This document shows, one piece after another, positions 1 to 12,400 of a stretch of 64,000 nucleotides of DNA. The notes beneath the pieces were generated by a model. It was not told the DNA's origin. It saw only the letters and a program-made list of their open reading frames with translations, and made no database searches. The stretch is from NCBI GenBank assembly GCA_002189035.1, contig NEEC01000021.1, positions 1,240,001-1,304,000 of the forward strand, given 5' to 3'. The position numbers were made by a program, and so were the translations under genes. The DNA comes from Utricularia gibba (lineage: Eukaryota; Plantae; Magnoliophyta). The stretch's first letter is position 1, and each line of letters begins with the position of its first letter.

Positions 1-172
1 CGTGAAGGGCTACCTGACATGGACGCTGCTGGACTGCTACGAGCTGATGGGCGGGTTCTATTCGGGTTTCGGGTTCTACTACGTCGACCTCCATGACGAA
101 CTCAAGAGATACAAGAAGCTTTCAGCGGGATGGTACTCCCAGTTTTTGAAGGGGAAAAGCTCTGATAAATGA
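1..172 (+). CDS. GH1 beta-glucosidase-like gene, last exon only (gene starts upstream of the window)
   Basis: Frame from nt 2 reads VKGYLTWTLLDCYELMGGFYSGFGFYYVDLHDELKRYKKLSAGWYSQFLKGKSSDK*, with TGA at 170-172. Homologous to the last exons of the three downstream copies. Confidence 0.9.
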   Translation, partial: VKGYLTWTLLDCYELMGGFYSGFGFYYVDLHDELKRYKKLSAGWYSQFLKGKSSDK

Positions 173-630
173 TCCTGTTAAATAATATTTTAATGCATTA
201 TAATTTTATATTTTAAATATATGATATAATCACATTAAAAATAATGTGTATAAACTGTGTCTAATTAACGGTTCAAGTAAGATGAATTATCGAAATTATT
301 ATAAAAATATAGTTTATAAATTATTAATGGGCATAAATTTATATACGTCAATAATTAATAAATATTTTAAAAATTGTATAATATAAGTAATATTTAAATT
401 TTGTGATCATAATTAAATATATTGCGATATTTTTTTATTTTACTGAAAAAATATATACCGTTAATAAATATATAAATAATTCGTTGCTCGTAGTTGGCTA
501 TATTATATATATATATATATTGTACCTGTAACCGTCAGAGTTACGCGCGGCTGCTTCTTAGCCGTCCAGGTTCGTCGCGTTCAGCTTCACTTTGCTGGCT
601 CGCGGCGGATAGGACGCCAGAGGCTGCAGA

Positions 631-3601
631 ATGTTTGGTTTCAGATTTCTAGCGCTTCTTCTTCTATTGTCTGGGGCAATAGAGGCGGCTGGAAATGGTT
701 ATACTAAAGCTGATTTCCCGCCGGGATTCGTTTTTGGGTCGGGAACTTCGGCTTATCAGGTCAGGTTTTCTATCTCACTGCTGTGTCTATTTCCAGGAAC
801 AAAAACTGATGTGGGTTTTTCTTTCTTTTAGTATGAAGGGGCTGCGTTCGATTATGGGCGGAATCCCAGCATCTGGGACACTTTTGTTCACTCAGGTTTC
901 TTCTTTCTTTCCTCTGCTCTGCCTATGCTGCGAATTGGCGGGGTGAGCCGAAAATTAAACCTTGTTCATTTGTTGATATCCTGGAGGAGATAGATATGAT
1001 AATGGGGATGTTGCGTGCGATGGATATCACAAGTTCAAGGTGCAAATATGTAGTATATTTTACGTTTAAAGCAAATGTTGTGCTTATGATGACAATTTCT
1101 AAATAAGGAGTTGTCATTTATAATTCATTTTCTTCAGGATGATATAAATTTGATGTCTGAGATGGGGCTTGAAGCTTTTAGATTCTCCATATCATGGTCA
1201 AGACTGATTCCAAGTATACCATGACCCCTTTATCACGGTTTAGACTAGAAACTGATTTTCTCCCTTTTATTTATTACGTGATCCTATGGTTTACTTTTCA
1301 GATGGGAGAGGAATGGTGAATCCACTTGGACTGCAATACTACAACAATTTCATTGACGAGCTTTTAAGCCATGGTAAGTACCAGTGACAAACATTCTTCA
1401 CAATTTCTGGCCTTGGCCACAAGTTTATCTCATGTTCATCTCCTCGGGTAAAACTCCAGATATTGAACCTCATGTTTCACTGAATCACTATGATCTTCCC
1501 CAAGCACTTCAAGATGAGTACGGGGGATGGCTCGACAGAAGAATTGTGTACGAATCTCTTACCATTTTATAAATATCACCTGATTGGTTATGCTATTTCA
1601 TATGCAGTATCATCAACATCTGATGGAGTGATACACTCTCTGAAATCAGGAAGGATTTCACAGCTTATGCAGATGTATGCTTCAGGAAGTTTGGCAATAG
1701 GGTAAAGTTTTGGACAACTATCAATGAGGGAAATGTGTTCGCTATTGGAGGTTATAGTGCTGGAATAACTCCTCCTGGTCGTTGTTCTCCATCCTTGATA
1801 CCGGGTTGTGTTGGAAATGCATCCACTGAACCGTATATTGCTGGACACAATATGTTGTTAGCACATTCTGCAGTTTGGATGCTCTATCGGGATAAATTTA
1901 AGGTACAATGTTTTTTCCATACGGACTGTTGTATATCAGATGATTTCTCATGTGAGATGAAACTAATCTGGTCTGATTCACCCTGTTTTTCTATCTACAA
2001 AAACTAAGTTTTTTTGGGACCTTTATGGGTACATTAAATGCACATGACGCAGGCAACACAAAAGGGTGCTGTGGGATTTAACCTCTTTGGATATGGAATA
2101 CGCCCTTCGACAGATGCTAAAGAAGATATAATCGCATCCCAAAGAGCTATGGATTTTTACCTTGGTTGGTAAGAAGAAAGTAGTCTACTTTTTTCTTTTA
2201 GCTTTCAGTGATTGCTTTCTTGATGCATAAAAATTCTGCAGGTTTCTTAGTCCCTTGGTATTCGGTCAGTATCCTGAGACTGTCAGCAACAGGACACGAG
2301 GAAGAATCCCTGTCATCTCTGAGTCTGAATCAGAGCAGCTTAAGGGCTCCTTTGACTTTTTGGGGTTGAACCACTACTCTTCACTTGTAGTGAAGAATGA
2401 CCCCAGCAGTCTTGATGTTAACAGATGGGGTTTCATGGCTGATGTTGCCATTAAATATGCATGTATGACTTTGCTATCAATCCAATTTCTGCTTTTCATG
2501 GAAATAATGTACAGTATCAGATGGATGACATTTTCATTTCTTTCTTAGCAGTTGAGGAGCCCACAACAGCAGCCAACCTATTCCCAAAGGTGTCTTCAGG
2601 TTTGCATTCTCTCACAGTTGGAGATTGTAAAAGGGCACACTTGCTTGGTTTCCCTTTATTTACATCAATGAGAAGAGAAGCTTACACTTGCTTGGTTTCC
2701 CTTTGTTTTTTCAGCTTCTGGCTTGAAGAATCCCTTCATACCAGCAGATGGATTTCCCATTCTGCCTTCAGGTTTTGTTTCACTGCTGGAGTATATAAAA
2801 GACACTTACGGCAACCCTCCTATCTACATCCATGAAAATGGTACCTTCACTTCACCTTGAAGCTCTCTCTACCTTGCTACAACTGACTAGAGTTGCGATT
2901 GGTTTCGAATCGATCGGTTTCAATTCAAAATCTAATGGTTTTTTTGAATCATTGGTTCATAAATCATGGTTTACTATTCAGTTCTAGTATTAATTTACAA
3001 TCAAATATTGAAACTTTAAATTGCAATTCTACGGTTCCAAATATCTGGAACCGACCTCAAACCATACATACAGCTGTTGTGGTTCAAATTATTGAACCGC
3101 AATCGATTATAACTCTAGAGTCCGCATCATCTTCTCTAAATGCTCGTTTCCTGCTACCCCTTTTTCAATGTGACTGTTGTGAATCTCGCAGGTCAGATGC
3201 TTCCGCGGGGTGGAACCTTGAACGACACACTGCGAGTGCAATACCTGGATGCCTACATTGGTGCAACGCTTGCTGCAACAAGGTAACCACCTCTGTGTAG
3301 CTAAAAGACGCACCTTTTAGATGGTTCCTGATGAGCATTGCAATGCAAATCTCTGTTTTTCTGAAGAAACGGCTCCAACATCAAAGGCTACATGATTTGG
3401 TCCTTGTTGGATTGCTTCGAGTTGCTGGACGGGTACGGATCCGGGTTCGGGTTGTACTACGTCGACTTGGATGACGAAGAACTCAAGCGACACAAGAAGC
3501 TGTCTGCTGGATGGTTCTCTGATTTCTTGAAGGGGAGAAGAAGCACTCCAAAGATCACCCCAACAGTTCTGGGTAAAGAAGATGATATTTCCACAGTTTG
3601 A
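631..3601 (+). CDS. GH1 beta-glucosidase/transglucosidase-like protein (BGLU11-like clade), copy A, about 523 aa, with signal peptide
   Basis: Exons 631-759, 832-895, 987-1039, 1138-1213, 1302-1373, 1460-1547, 1650-1902, 2053-2168, 2242-2462, 2552-2599, 2715-2840, 3192-3282, 3367-3601 (1572 nt, in frame). Motifs [26 protein letters not shown], acid/base TINEG, nucleophile [17 protein letters not shown]. The exon 3 acceptor is an atypical GAG and the 2552-2599 exon is less certain. Confidence 0.92.
2888..3117. mobile_element. MITE-like non-autonomous element in an intron of BGLU copy A (family copy 1)
   Basis: Ends TAGAGTT (2888) and AACTCTA (3111-3117) are inverted. The interior is AT-rich and makes this intron 351 nt, against about 70-150 nt for most others in the gene. 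Its reverse complement matches 28870-28951. No target-site duplication longer than TA was found. Confidence 0.55.
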
Positions 3602-4825
3602 GGCCACAAGGGGAAGTAATAGTTTAAATTTATGATGTGTGATTATAGTTTGTATTAAAAAATTATGTAAAAAAATTTAATATTTGATAGGTTAATATAA
3701 TTAATTTTCATTTCTTAATATAAATTATATGATTAATTTCTAAAATTTGATGTGTTAACTATAATTACTTCATAAATTTGTATATTTTAAATGCTTTTAT
3801 TCTGCCACTTTTTGAATATTGAACATAATTAATTTTTATTATTTAATAAACTAGCTACAATTAGTTGGAGATTAATTTTGTTAATTTTTTAAACAATTAG
3901 ACACCACTAAGTACTAATATCAATTATTTCAAATATTGAAGATTTATTACATTAAAATCATAAATAGTTAATTATTAAAGATGAATTTTGTCATTATTTT
4001 GAAATATTGAGAACTAATTACATTAAATTTTTAAATAATGGGAATAATATTAAAACAATGGAAACCATTTTTAATAAATTTTAAAAACAATAAAGATCAT
4101 TTTTGTAAATTTTACAAATAATAGATCAATTATATCAAGCACCTTAGTTTATGTCCATCTTAAAATTTTAAATTTCTATTTTTACATGGATTTAATGAAT
4201 TAATGTACCAAATAACCTAATTACATATTTCCATTCATTCAAACATGAGCAATGCAACATTTGTGGGATTGTGTATATGAGAAAAAATTGTATGAATAGT
4301 TTAAATTTTTTTATCTGAATGATATAATTGATTATTCAAAATTTATTGTTCCATCTCTGATGTTTAAAAAAATTGGTTCCTATTGTTTCAAAATAGAACT
4401 TCACTATTTTTCATAATGAGAAAATAAATCTCATCTTGAAACCTCAATATTATTCTGATTTCGAAACCGTCGACCAATCGTGGCGTGCCACCTGTGCTCC
4501 ACTACCCACCCAATGACCATGCTATCCACGTACTCTTAAGCTGGCGTAAATAGACCTAAGGGTGGAGATCAATTTTATTAAATAATTAGATAATATGAAT
4601 TAAACATGATCGATTTTTAAATAATTATACAAAATTAAAACGATCAACCTATTTACTCGTTCTTCATTGATGTGGGATTTCAATCCATTTTAATTTTTTT
4701 AAAAATAAAACAAACATAACGATTTTTTATAACGAATATTTCCATTTTCGTATTACAAAGAATGTAATGAAATGTGAATCATGTCTTAGATCGGAGGGTC
4801 GGATGCCAAAATAACATAAAATCGT

Positions 4826-5121
4826 CCGTCTGCCAATTTCGTCGGTTCCAAATTTGAAATCCGGTCTAATTTCTATTTCGAGTAGGGACACGACCTGCCG
4901 GCAGATCGCTTTCCGTGTGGTAATAAATGGAAGCTTCTTTGTGATCAGCTCTGCGCAGAGAATCTTCCCCAGTCCCTTCAGTGTACTCTCCTCGTTGCTG
5001 CGGCGGCGGCGGAGGAGGAGGAGAATTACAGTCGCGCCGATTTTCCGGACGGATTCGTCTTCGGCTCCGCCGCGTATTAGGTTGGGCTCTTCCTTACTGA
5101 TTCTCGTTGCATTTCACATAC
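4826..5121 (+). pseudogene. BGLU relic: promoter plus exon 1 only, with no start codon
   Basis: Matches the promoters and exon 1 of copies B and C. The ATG region is deleted, the frame [29 protein letters not shown] has a 6-nt deletion and CAG>TAG at 5078-5080, and homology ends in intron 1 near 5121. Confidence 0.85.
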
Positions 5122-6195
5122 TATTCCAATGAGAACTTAACATACTGTTTTAATTAAATAATGATAATTAAATACCTTATTTAGACAAAAAAAAAAAATA
5201 GGTGTCTTTGATGTAAAATACTTGATCTATGCAGCACATGCTGGTGCTAACACTTTGCAAGCATATAACATGAGCACCTTTCGATCTAGCTATCATATGT
5301 TTCAAACCGTTTGGATCTGTAATATGCATTTTTACATCGTTTTGAAATTCTTTCCAAACATAATACATTCCAAAACCTTATGACGCTCAAAAAACTTGTT
5401 GTCATTAGCATCATATAGTTAAGATACAAAAACATTGTGATTTTGGACCTTGGTGTTAATGCGAAGGAGACGCATGGTTCAAAGGACACGCGATTACGAG
5501 ATACTAAACAATGATACGCTATATAATACAAGTTCCAAATAAAAAAAAAACCCATTGGTGAAAAGGGCTCCATTACGTTTCAAGACAAGCTTTGTGACGT
5601 CACTGCAAACGTTGGTTGTCATTTGTCAAGGATAAGAACACCTAACAAAAAGAATAAAAAAGCTCGATTACTCGAATATATAAATATAATATGAAATAAT
5701 TTTCATTATTTTATATCTTTTTGGACAAAACTAGTTTTTGGATGGGAGCGAAGATCCAACTACCATAATAAATGTCACATGCTTTATTCATTAATTAATC
5801 TGTTTTTGTAAAAATTTTGAAATTTAGTTTGTTCGTATTAAATATTCAATTCTGATGGTTTATTTTTTTTTGAAAGAAAAATCTTGTATAAGATTAAATT
5901 ATTTTTTTTATTTACACATAAAATCATCTAATTGTCAACTTCGTCGGTTCCATAATTTGTAGTTTTGCTGGTTTCAAATTTTGAAGTCCGTTCCCCACAA
6001 ATAAAAAAGGAGAAAAAACGAGGACCGGTACCTGTTTCTCTACCTGAATAGGACACGTTAAGCGACTCGCAACCGCGGGCAGATGCGTTTTCTTGTGGTG
6101 ATAAATGGACGCTTTTCGTGATCAGCTCTGCGTGGAGACTCTTCCCTGGCCTTTCGGTGTGCTCTTCACCAGAGTGAAGTAATCATAGCAGAGTC

Positions 6196-8959
6196 ATGCC
6201 AGTCCTACCGCTGCTACTGCTCCTCGTCGCTGCGGCGGCAGCGGAGAATTACAGTCGCGCCGATTTTCCGGACGGATTCGTCTTCGGTTCGGGGACTTCG
6301 GCGTATCAGGTGAAGCACTTTCTTACTGATTCTCGTTGCATTTCACTGCGCCGGAGCATGAGATCGCGGTGCCTGAATAAAAATGTGCCGTGTTTTTTCA
6401 GTACGAAGGGGCGGCGTTTGACGACGGCAGGAGCCTCAGCATCTGGGACACCTTCCTGCACTCCAGTTAGGGATTTCGAATCTCTTCCCCTTTCTCGCTG
6501 GATTGATGGAGGATTAAAAAAATCATGATTCAAATTGCAAATTAGATTTTAAATATTTTAAATTGATTATCATGTGCGGTACAATTATTGAGTACCTAGA
6601 AGTCACATTTTTAATTGATTTTATTATATTTTAGCATGTAAATTGATTTTATTACAAAATTGTAATTAATTAATTTACACGATTTTCACATGTGTACTGC
6701 ATTTTCGTGTTGGTGTGTCAGGAGGTATGCCTACTGGGGACGTTACTTGCGATGGGTACCACAAGTTTAAGGTACACATTTATTCGTGCATTCGTTCATT
6801 CATTGGTCGCCGCCGTCTAGTCCATCATCCGGCCCACCGGACGGGATGGTGGGATCTGTATTGTCGCTCTGTTTGGCAATCGCTCAGGCGAAGGCTAAGC
6901 AGTGCATGTGCTGTGCAAGTGTCGTTCAATTTTTACTTCAAAGAATTTCTGCACAGACGGCTTTCACGTTCGAGTGACTGGTGATGTTCTTGGGTTTTAG
7001 GATGATGTAAAGTGGATGTCCGAAGTGGGATTGGAGGCCTTCAGATTCTCGTTCTCATGGTCCAGACTCATCCCAAGTACATATCAGCAGTTACTTCCAT
7101 AATGCTGTGTCTCTTTCTCCTTACTAAAGAATGGTTTTCTGGCTTTTGACAGATGGGAGAGGGCCTGTGAATCCCCTGGGGGTGCAATTTTACAATGACT
7201 TCATTAACGAACTCGTAGCTCATGGTAATGATCTCTCCATTCTTGTCTTTGATTCCTTGACATATTTCAGGTTTTTCTTTTTCTGTATTGAGGTTAAATT
7301 TTTTTTCTGAAACCCCTTTGAAACGTAGGCATTCAACCTCATGCTTCATTGACCCACTTCGATCTGCCGCAAGTTCTGGAGGACGAGTACGACGGATGGC
7401 TGGATAGGAGGATCGTGTACGGATTTCTTCTATGGTTTAAGCTATTGAGTGCATCTTTGAAACTGCATGCTGAGTTGTGTTTCACCTCAGGGAGGACTTC
7501 ACGGCTTATGCAGACGTGTGTTTCAAGGAGTTCGGCGACAGGGTGAAGTTTTGGACCACGGTTAATGAGGCGAATATATTCGCCATGGGAAGCTACAGTC
7601 AAGGTATTACACCTCCCGGTCGTTGTTCGCCGTCCGTTCGACTGGGATGCATCGGAAATTCGTCCACCGAACCGTACATTGTTGGGCATAATATCCTGCT
7701 AGCGCATTCAGCAACTTGGAAACTTTACCAAGACAAGTACAAGGTAGATAAAAGCATGAAATCATTTTTCGCTTGCCTGTTCTAAAAGAAACTATCCAAT
7801 CAAAAAAAAAAAAAAATGTAGGCAGCTCAACAGGGCCAAGTGGGGTTTAATTTATATTCCTTTGGGATGAGTCCATGGAGTGATGAACAAGAAGATGTTA
7901 TAGCTACTCAGAGAGGTTTGGATTTTTATGTTGGTTGGTAAGTAGCATTCTATGCTCAAGAACAAGATTGTGGGTTAGACAAACTCTACACTCCATTCAT
8001 TTTGAGCAACATTCTGCAGGCTACTTGATCCCCTGGTGCACGGTAGGTATCCCGAATCAGTTAGCGAACGAGCTCGAGGTCGACTACCGATTTTCTCTGA
8101 GGATGAATCGAAACAGTTGAAGGGTGCCTTTGACTTCCTGGGAGTGAACTATTATGTGGGAGTCCAGGTTTCGAATGATCCCACCATTGTTGATGCCAAC
8201 AAATGGGACTTACAAGCTGATATTGCTGTACAAGTTTCAGGTCCCTCTTTGAAGATCAGTAGTTTGATCAATCGCATTGTGCTTCCACTAATCCAACCTT
8301 TCATTTAATTTTTGCAGTTCCTGGCTTTGCAGCAGGGCAGTTACCAGCTGATGGATACCCTTTAGAGTCTTCAAGTTTTATTTCATTCATGGGGTATCTT
8401 AAGGACTCTTATGGGAACCCTCCTATCTACATCCATGAGAATGGTAAGCATCTCTACCATTCTCAAGACATAGATAGGTTCCAAACACTTGTTACATCTA
8501 CATTCTCTAATGTGGATGTTATGCATCATCTTCAAAGGCCAAACGGGACCACGTACTCAAAACCTGAGCGACACTGCAAGAGCAGAGTATATTGATACCT
8601 ACATTCATGCAACACTCAGTGCAATAAGGTACAATTCCAAAGTTTTTCTTTTTTTTCCCACTGGGGTGGCTCAATTTAGTAATCTGCAAACTTCTTCATT
8701 GTCTTGGTTAAGGAATGGCTCCAACATCAAGGGCTACATGTACTGGACTTTCATGGATTGCCTTGAGTTGTTAAATGGATATAGCAGTGCTTTCGGGTTA
8801 TTCTATGTCGATCTGGATGACAAAGATCTCAAAAGATACCCAAAGTTTTCTGCTAGATGGTACTCTGATTTCGTGAATGGAGGTAGTTCTAGAACATCAT
8901 ATGTGATAACTGATAAGCCAAGCCAAGGTAGAGAAGAAGGGCTCTCCACCCCTGTGTGA
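6196..8959 (+). CDS. GH1 beta-glucosidase/transglucosidase-like protein (BGLU11-like clade), copy B, about 505 aa
   Basis: Exons 6196-6309, 6402-6465, 6722-6771, 7001-7076, 7153-7224, 7329-7416, 7491-7743, 7822-7937, 8020-8240, 8318-8443, 8538-8628, 8713-8959 (1518 nt, in frame). Signal peptide [16 protein letters not shown], motifs [22 protein letters not shown]. Confidence 0.93.
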
Positions 8960-9471
8960 GGACATGCCAACCCAAGCCAAATCAACTTCTGGTGTGCCTT
9001 TCCATCTTTGCATCAGGTATTTAGAACCCAAAGTTTTCTGTTTGTTTACATTATATAGTACTGAATTCACACTTGTACACCATGTATAAATACATGAAAG
9101 AAATGAAATGGGGAATGAATGATATACTTCAAGAATGGAGTACCTGGAAACCTACATAGATTCCATCTTTGATGTTATAGGATGAACATTGATCATGTAT
9201 AAGTTGTTCAGTCTGAAGATCCATTATTTGTAGTTTCGGTGGTTCAAATTTGACATCCCGTCTGATTTCTCCTCCTCCACGAAAAAAAAAGAGGGAAAGA
9301 ACTGGGACCTTGAGTAGGGACGCGTTTGGGGACACGCGACTGGCGGCGGATACGTTCAGTGTGTGGTGATAAATAGAAGCTTTTTGTGTAAGATTTGCGC
9401 CTATAATTGGTTTCCCCTCCCGCCCTGGTCCTTTCAGTACGCTCTTCAAGTATAGTAATCATAGCAGGATC

Positions 9472-12400
9472 ATGCCAGTCCTGCCGCTGGTACTGATCCT
9501 CGTCGCTGCGGCGGCGGAGGCGGCGGAGAATTACAGTCGCGCCGATTTTCCCGACGGATTCGTCTTCGGCTCCGGGACTTCGGCTTACCAGGTCGGGCTC
9601 TTCCTTACTGATTCTCGTTGCATTTCACATCCCGAGCATCGGATCGCGGTGCCTGAATAAAACTGTGCCGTTTTTTTCCAGTACGAAGGAGCGGCGTTTG
9701 ACGGCGGCAGAAGTCCCAGCGTCTGGGACACCTTCGTGCACTCCAGTTAGGGATTTCGAATCTCTCCCCCTTTCTGGTTGGATTGTCGAGGAAGGAGGAT
9801 TAAAAAAAAAGTTAAATAAATAATGATGCAACTACTTAAAAAAGTGATTTTCATTATTTTAAAGTTGGTGATCATGTGCTTCACAACTGCCGAGTACCTA
9901 GAAATAATATGGCTAATTGATTTTTTAATTGATTTTTACTATATTTGTTTGGTATGTTTCAGAATATTAACAATTAATTTTTAGTATATTTTCTCTGTAT
10001 ATTTCAGAATATTAATAATTGATTTTAACATGTTTGTTCGATATGTTTCGGAATATTATCAGTTGATCTAATTATATTTTAGCATAGCAATTGTGTTTGG
10101 TATGTTTTTCAAATATTATCAATTGATTTTAGTATATTTAGACATAGCAAATAAATTTCGTAATTCTTGATAAAAAGATATATTCTAATCTATATTTTTC
10201 ATAAAAAAATTTAATGACACGATAAATATTATAAAAAAATTGTAAAAAAATAAATTAATTAATGAAATTTACACGATTTTGACATCTGCAATCTATTTTC
10301 TTGGTGTTGTCCCAGGAGGGATGCCGAATGGGGACGTTACTTGCGACGGCTACCACAAGTTTAAGGTACAAATTCATTCACTCATTGGCTGCCGCCGTCT
10401 AGTCCGCCTTCCGTCCCACCGGACGGGACGGCGGGATCTGTTTTTCTCATCCGACGTCGCCTTATTAGGCAATCGCTCAGGCGAAGGCTAAGAAGTGGGC
10501 ATGCGCGAGTGTCTGGATGTTTTTGTTTAGTTCTTTACGTTTGAGTGACTGATGATGTTCTTGGGTTTTAGGATGATATAAAGTTGATGTCGGAAATGGG
10601 ATTGCAGGCCTTTAGATTCTCGTTCTCATGGTCGAGGCTCATCCCAAGTACAGATCAACGTTTAATTCGACAGTGTTGTATCTATCTCTTTCTCCTTACT
10701 GAAGAAGGGTTTTCTCTGCTTTGGACAGATGGGAGAGGGCCTGTGAATCCCCTGGGGTGCAATTTTACAATGACTTCATTAACGAGCTTGTGGCTCATGG
10801 TAATGATCTCTCCATTCTTGTTTTCGATTCCTTTACATGTTTCAGGATTTTCGTTGTATCGAGGTTAGAAAAAGCTTCTGAAACCCCTTGGAAACGTAGG
10901 CATTCAACCTCATGCTTCGTTGACACACTTCGATCTGCCGCAAGCTCTAGAGGACGAGTATGGGGGATGGCTGGATAGGAAGATGGTGTACGGATTTCTT
11001 CTATCGCTTAAGCTATTGAGTGCATCTTTGAGGCTGCATGTTGAGCTGTGTTTCGCCTCAGGGAGGACTTCACGGCTTATGCAGACGTGTGTTTCAAGGA
11101 GTTCGGCGACAGGGTGAAGTTTTGGACCACGGTTAGTGAGGCGAATATATTCGCCATGGGAAGCTATGGTCAGGGTATTTCTCCTCCCGGTCGTTGTTCG
11201 CCGTCCATTCAACCGGGATGCGTCGGAAATTCGTCCACCGAACCGTACATTGTTGGGCATAATATCCTGCTAGCGCATTCAGCAACGTGGAAAATTTACC
11301 AAGACAAGTACAAGGTAAATAAAAATACATGAAAGAATTTTTCACTTGCATGATCGACTAGAAACTATCCAATCAAAAAAAATTACAGACTTCTCAGAAG
11401 GGCCAAGTGGGGTTTAGCTTGTATTCCTTCGGAGTTAGTCCATTGACTGACGAGGAAGAAGATGTGATGGCTGCTCAGAGATGTTTGGATTTTTACATTG
11501 GTTGGTAAGACATATTCTATGTTCAAGAACAAGGCTGTTGGTTACAGAAATTCTACACTCCACTCATTTTGAGCAAACAATCTGCAGGCTATTTGATCCC
11601 TTGGTGTATGGTAGGTATCCCAGATCAGTTAGCGAGCGAGCTCGAGGTCGAATACCCATTATTTCAGAAGACGAATCGAAACAGTTTAAGGGTGCCTTTG
11701 ACTTCGTGGGATTGAACTATTATGTGGGACTCCATGTTAAGAATGATCCCACCATATTTGATGTCAACAAATGGGGCATTCAAGCTGATATTGCCATACA
11801 AACTTCAGGTGGCTCTTTGAAGGTCAGTAGTTTGATCAACCGCATCATGCTTCGACTAATCGAAACTTTCATTTTATTGTTGCAGTTCCTGGCTTTTCAG
11901 GAGGGCATTTACCAATTGATGGATACCCTTTAGACCCTTCAAGTTTTGTTCCATTCATGGGGTATCTTAAGGACACTTATGGGAATCCTCCTATCTACAT
12001 ACATGAGAATGGTCGGTTTCTCTGCCACCTTCAAGACATAGATAGATTCCAAACACTTGTTCCGTTATCATTTTCTAATGTGGATGTTATGCATCATCTT
12101 CGAAGGCCAATCAGCACAACGTACTCGAAACCTGACCGACACTCTGAGGGCAGATTATTTAGATGCCTACATTCATGCAACACTCGATGTAGTAAGGTAC
12201 AATTCCGAGTTTTTTTTCACACTGGGGTAGTTCAATTTAATGGTCTACAAGCTTCTTCATTGTTTTGGTTAAGGAATGGCTCCAACATCAAGGGTTACAT
12301 GTACTGGACTTTCTTGGATTGCCTTGAGTTGTTAAATGGATACAGTAGGGCTTTCGGGTTGTTCTATGTGGATCTGGATGACAAAGATCTCAAGAGATAC

